Source: Phyllobates terribilis
Lineage: Eukaryota
Direction of reading: 5' to 3'
Assembly: GCF_046119375.1 (NCBI RefSeq)
Contig: NW_027362765.1
Location: forward strand, 485,708,001 to 485,772,000
DNA length: 64,000 nucleotides
The notes below the pieces were generated by a model that did no database searches, was not told where the DNA came from, and saw only the letters and a list, made by a program, of their open reading frames with translations. This document shows, piece after piece, positions 62,297-64,000 of this stretch. Each line of letters starts with the position of its first letter. The stretch's first letter is position 1. Position numbers and translations under genes: made by a program.

Positions 62297-63761
62297 TGTG
62301 ATGAACCCGTAGCCGCCATCTTGGTAATGATAAATCATATCCAGGGATGGCCACACTTCAGCAGCCCCCACCCTTGGGACCTTCTGTTAAAACGTCAACT
62401 AGATAGTTTCCCCCCATCCAGGCTCCTGTAAGATAAGAAGCCTACTTAACACTTGAATGCTAGGAGCTTCAAAGACTTCGAGAGGAAACACAGCCAGCAG
62501 GGGGGGGTGCTTCGTCTATCTGTACCTGACCATTTGTCCCATAGGACTAGTTTCTTTGTCTGTCACAAGCATGGAGGCATAAGATATAGAAACATGAAAA
62601 GTACACGCATGTTGCATGGGATGGGCCAATAAAAAAATATCACGGCGTCCCGGAGCCATTGCGCACACAAGCCTCCGCGGTAGACGTTTGTACGTGCTCT
62701 GGAAGCCAAGATATAGCGCGGAGCCATTCCTGAGGACCGTATGGTATCATAATTGATATCAAAAGGTCGGTTACGGCGGCCCGAATCCATGGGAACCCCT
62801 GGGGGTATCATGAGACCATCCCAGAAGAAGTTATTGGGTTCCATAGAATTTGGGCTTCTGATCGAAGTTAGACCTGAGGGTGGAGACTGAGCCAGCTGAC
62901 CTCACCAGCAGTGGGCGGGACGGGGCAGGTAAGATAGCAGGACAGACAAGAGACAAGTCAGTCTTGACCCAAGAGTGGTGTGCTGAACATCTGAGCACCA
63001 GCTGAGGCCACCAAGGGGAGGAGCAGTTTGACCATGCGGTGGTAGGCCTCAGCCTGTAACAAAGAACCGTGCCTGCGATCGCAGAATCCTCTCCCTGCGT
63101 CACAAGAAAATCAAGAAACCGGTAACTGATATGCTGTGGTGATTCTGTGTGTTGTATTCCATTGTTGTATAGTTTAGCCTGACCTTATACCTGTGTATAT
63201 TTAGTTGTATATCGTGTATCTAGTGTATTATTATAATCAATTACCTCAAGTAATTGTGGGCCTGCCTTTTATTCTGCATAACGAACGCACGTCCGTGTGA
63301 GCTCGGCTCAAGCCAAAAACGCTACCCAGGGTTGGTTCCTGACCCGATATAGGCCCATTCACGGACTGGGCGTATATCTAAAATAGGGACTGGTGGCAGC
63401 ATACCAACTGGGGATTGGGGAAGGCTGGTAGTGACGGTCGGAGGTTCAGATATATATATTCCTGGCGCGGCCAAGGAAGATATATATACCGCCCTCACTA
63501 CAGAGGGCCCCGATACCCAGTAGGTTACAGGACAGTCTCTCTGGCGACCGCTTATCCTAGGTGCAGTTCCTTGACTGACCTGAGGCTAAGAGGGCGCTAG
63601 CGAGTTGTGCTGTGTAGTGACGTTGAAGGGATAACACACTACCGTGTTCCCTGCGCTGGTTGCAGCTACCTGGCACTACTTTCTCTAGGTGCAGTACCTT
63701 GACTGACCTGAGAGGTAAGGGGGCGCCAGAGAGCTGCACCCACCGGCCGGCTTTCATCACA
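62297..63761 (+). mobile_element. 5' LTR (1465 bp) of a Gypsy-type LTR retrotransposon continuing past the window
   Basis: Termini TGTGATGAA ... TTCATCACA form a 9-bp inverted repeat and are followed after one T by a PBS. The Gypsy assignment is inferred from PBS and LTR style. Confidence 0.85.
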
Positions 63762-63762
63762 T

Positions 63763-63783
63763 TGGTGGCAGAGCGGTGGGATT
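63763..63783 (+). promoter_or_regulatory. Primer-binding site, tRNA-Leu type with a 2-nt insertion
   Basis: TGGTGGCAG-AG-CGGTGGGATT versus the complement of the vertebrate tRNA-Leu(AAG/TAG) 3' end, TGGTGGCAGCGGTGGGATT. Confidence 0.75.
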
Positions 63784-63945
63784 GCAGAATAATAGTGTTG
63801 TGGGACCCCTACTCCCAGGCACTAAAGACTGCCAGTGGTAACTTCCACTGCTGGAGTCTTAAGGTCAGCCCAACGTTAGACGGTCAGGCTAAAAGTATAA
63901 CAAGGTGTGTGCAAACTCAGGGTTGCAGCGGTGTCGGTTACCAAG

Positions 63946-64000
63946 ATGGCAGACGGCACCAGGAGCAAGACCCTGCAGGAGGCTAATGCTACGGTCCGTG
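63946..64000 (+). CDS. Probable start of the retrotransposon gag ORF (MADGTRSKTLQEANATVR...), truncated by the window edge
   Basis: Strong Kozak context (AAGATGG) about 160 nt after the PBS; open to the window end. Confidence 0.45.
   Translation, partial: MADGTRSKTLQEANATVR

Overview
Vertebrate genomic DNA, most likely a frog. This is inferred from the mix of TTAA-flanked T2/Kolobok-type MITEs, TWA-flanked Harbinger MITEs, V-SINE, CR1 and Penelope elements. The window is mostly transposon debris and minisatellites; I could not name any host protein-coding gene. The best-supported content is: (1) a 5'-truncated Penelope-like retroelement (about 7430-13150) whose RT and GIY-YIG reading frame can be rebuilt after removing a nested non-autonomous Helitron (8194-9648) and a nested Tc1 (9779-11344), with a degenerate hammerhead-ribozyme motif in its 3' region; (2) a second Tc1 with about 200-bp IR/DR termini (18127-19698) and a third, heavily decayed Tc1; (3) a hAT MITE with an exact 8-bp TSD (26038-28916) holding a CR1 3' end; (4) many MITEs with recognisable TIRs/TSDs, several carrying expanded minisatellites; (5) a 5.6-kb 32-bp satellite with ordered variant blocks; (6) a Gypsy-type 5' LTR, PBS and probable gag start at the right edge; (7) a CpG-island promoter near 5.4-6.6 kb and a few isolated candidate exons. 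All very long ORFs in the track (30.5-32.3 kb, 39.8-45.1 kb) are tandem-repeat artefacts. I found no CRISPR array, rRNA or intact tRNA, and no convincing new biological system. The best leads concern TE architecture.
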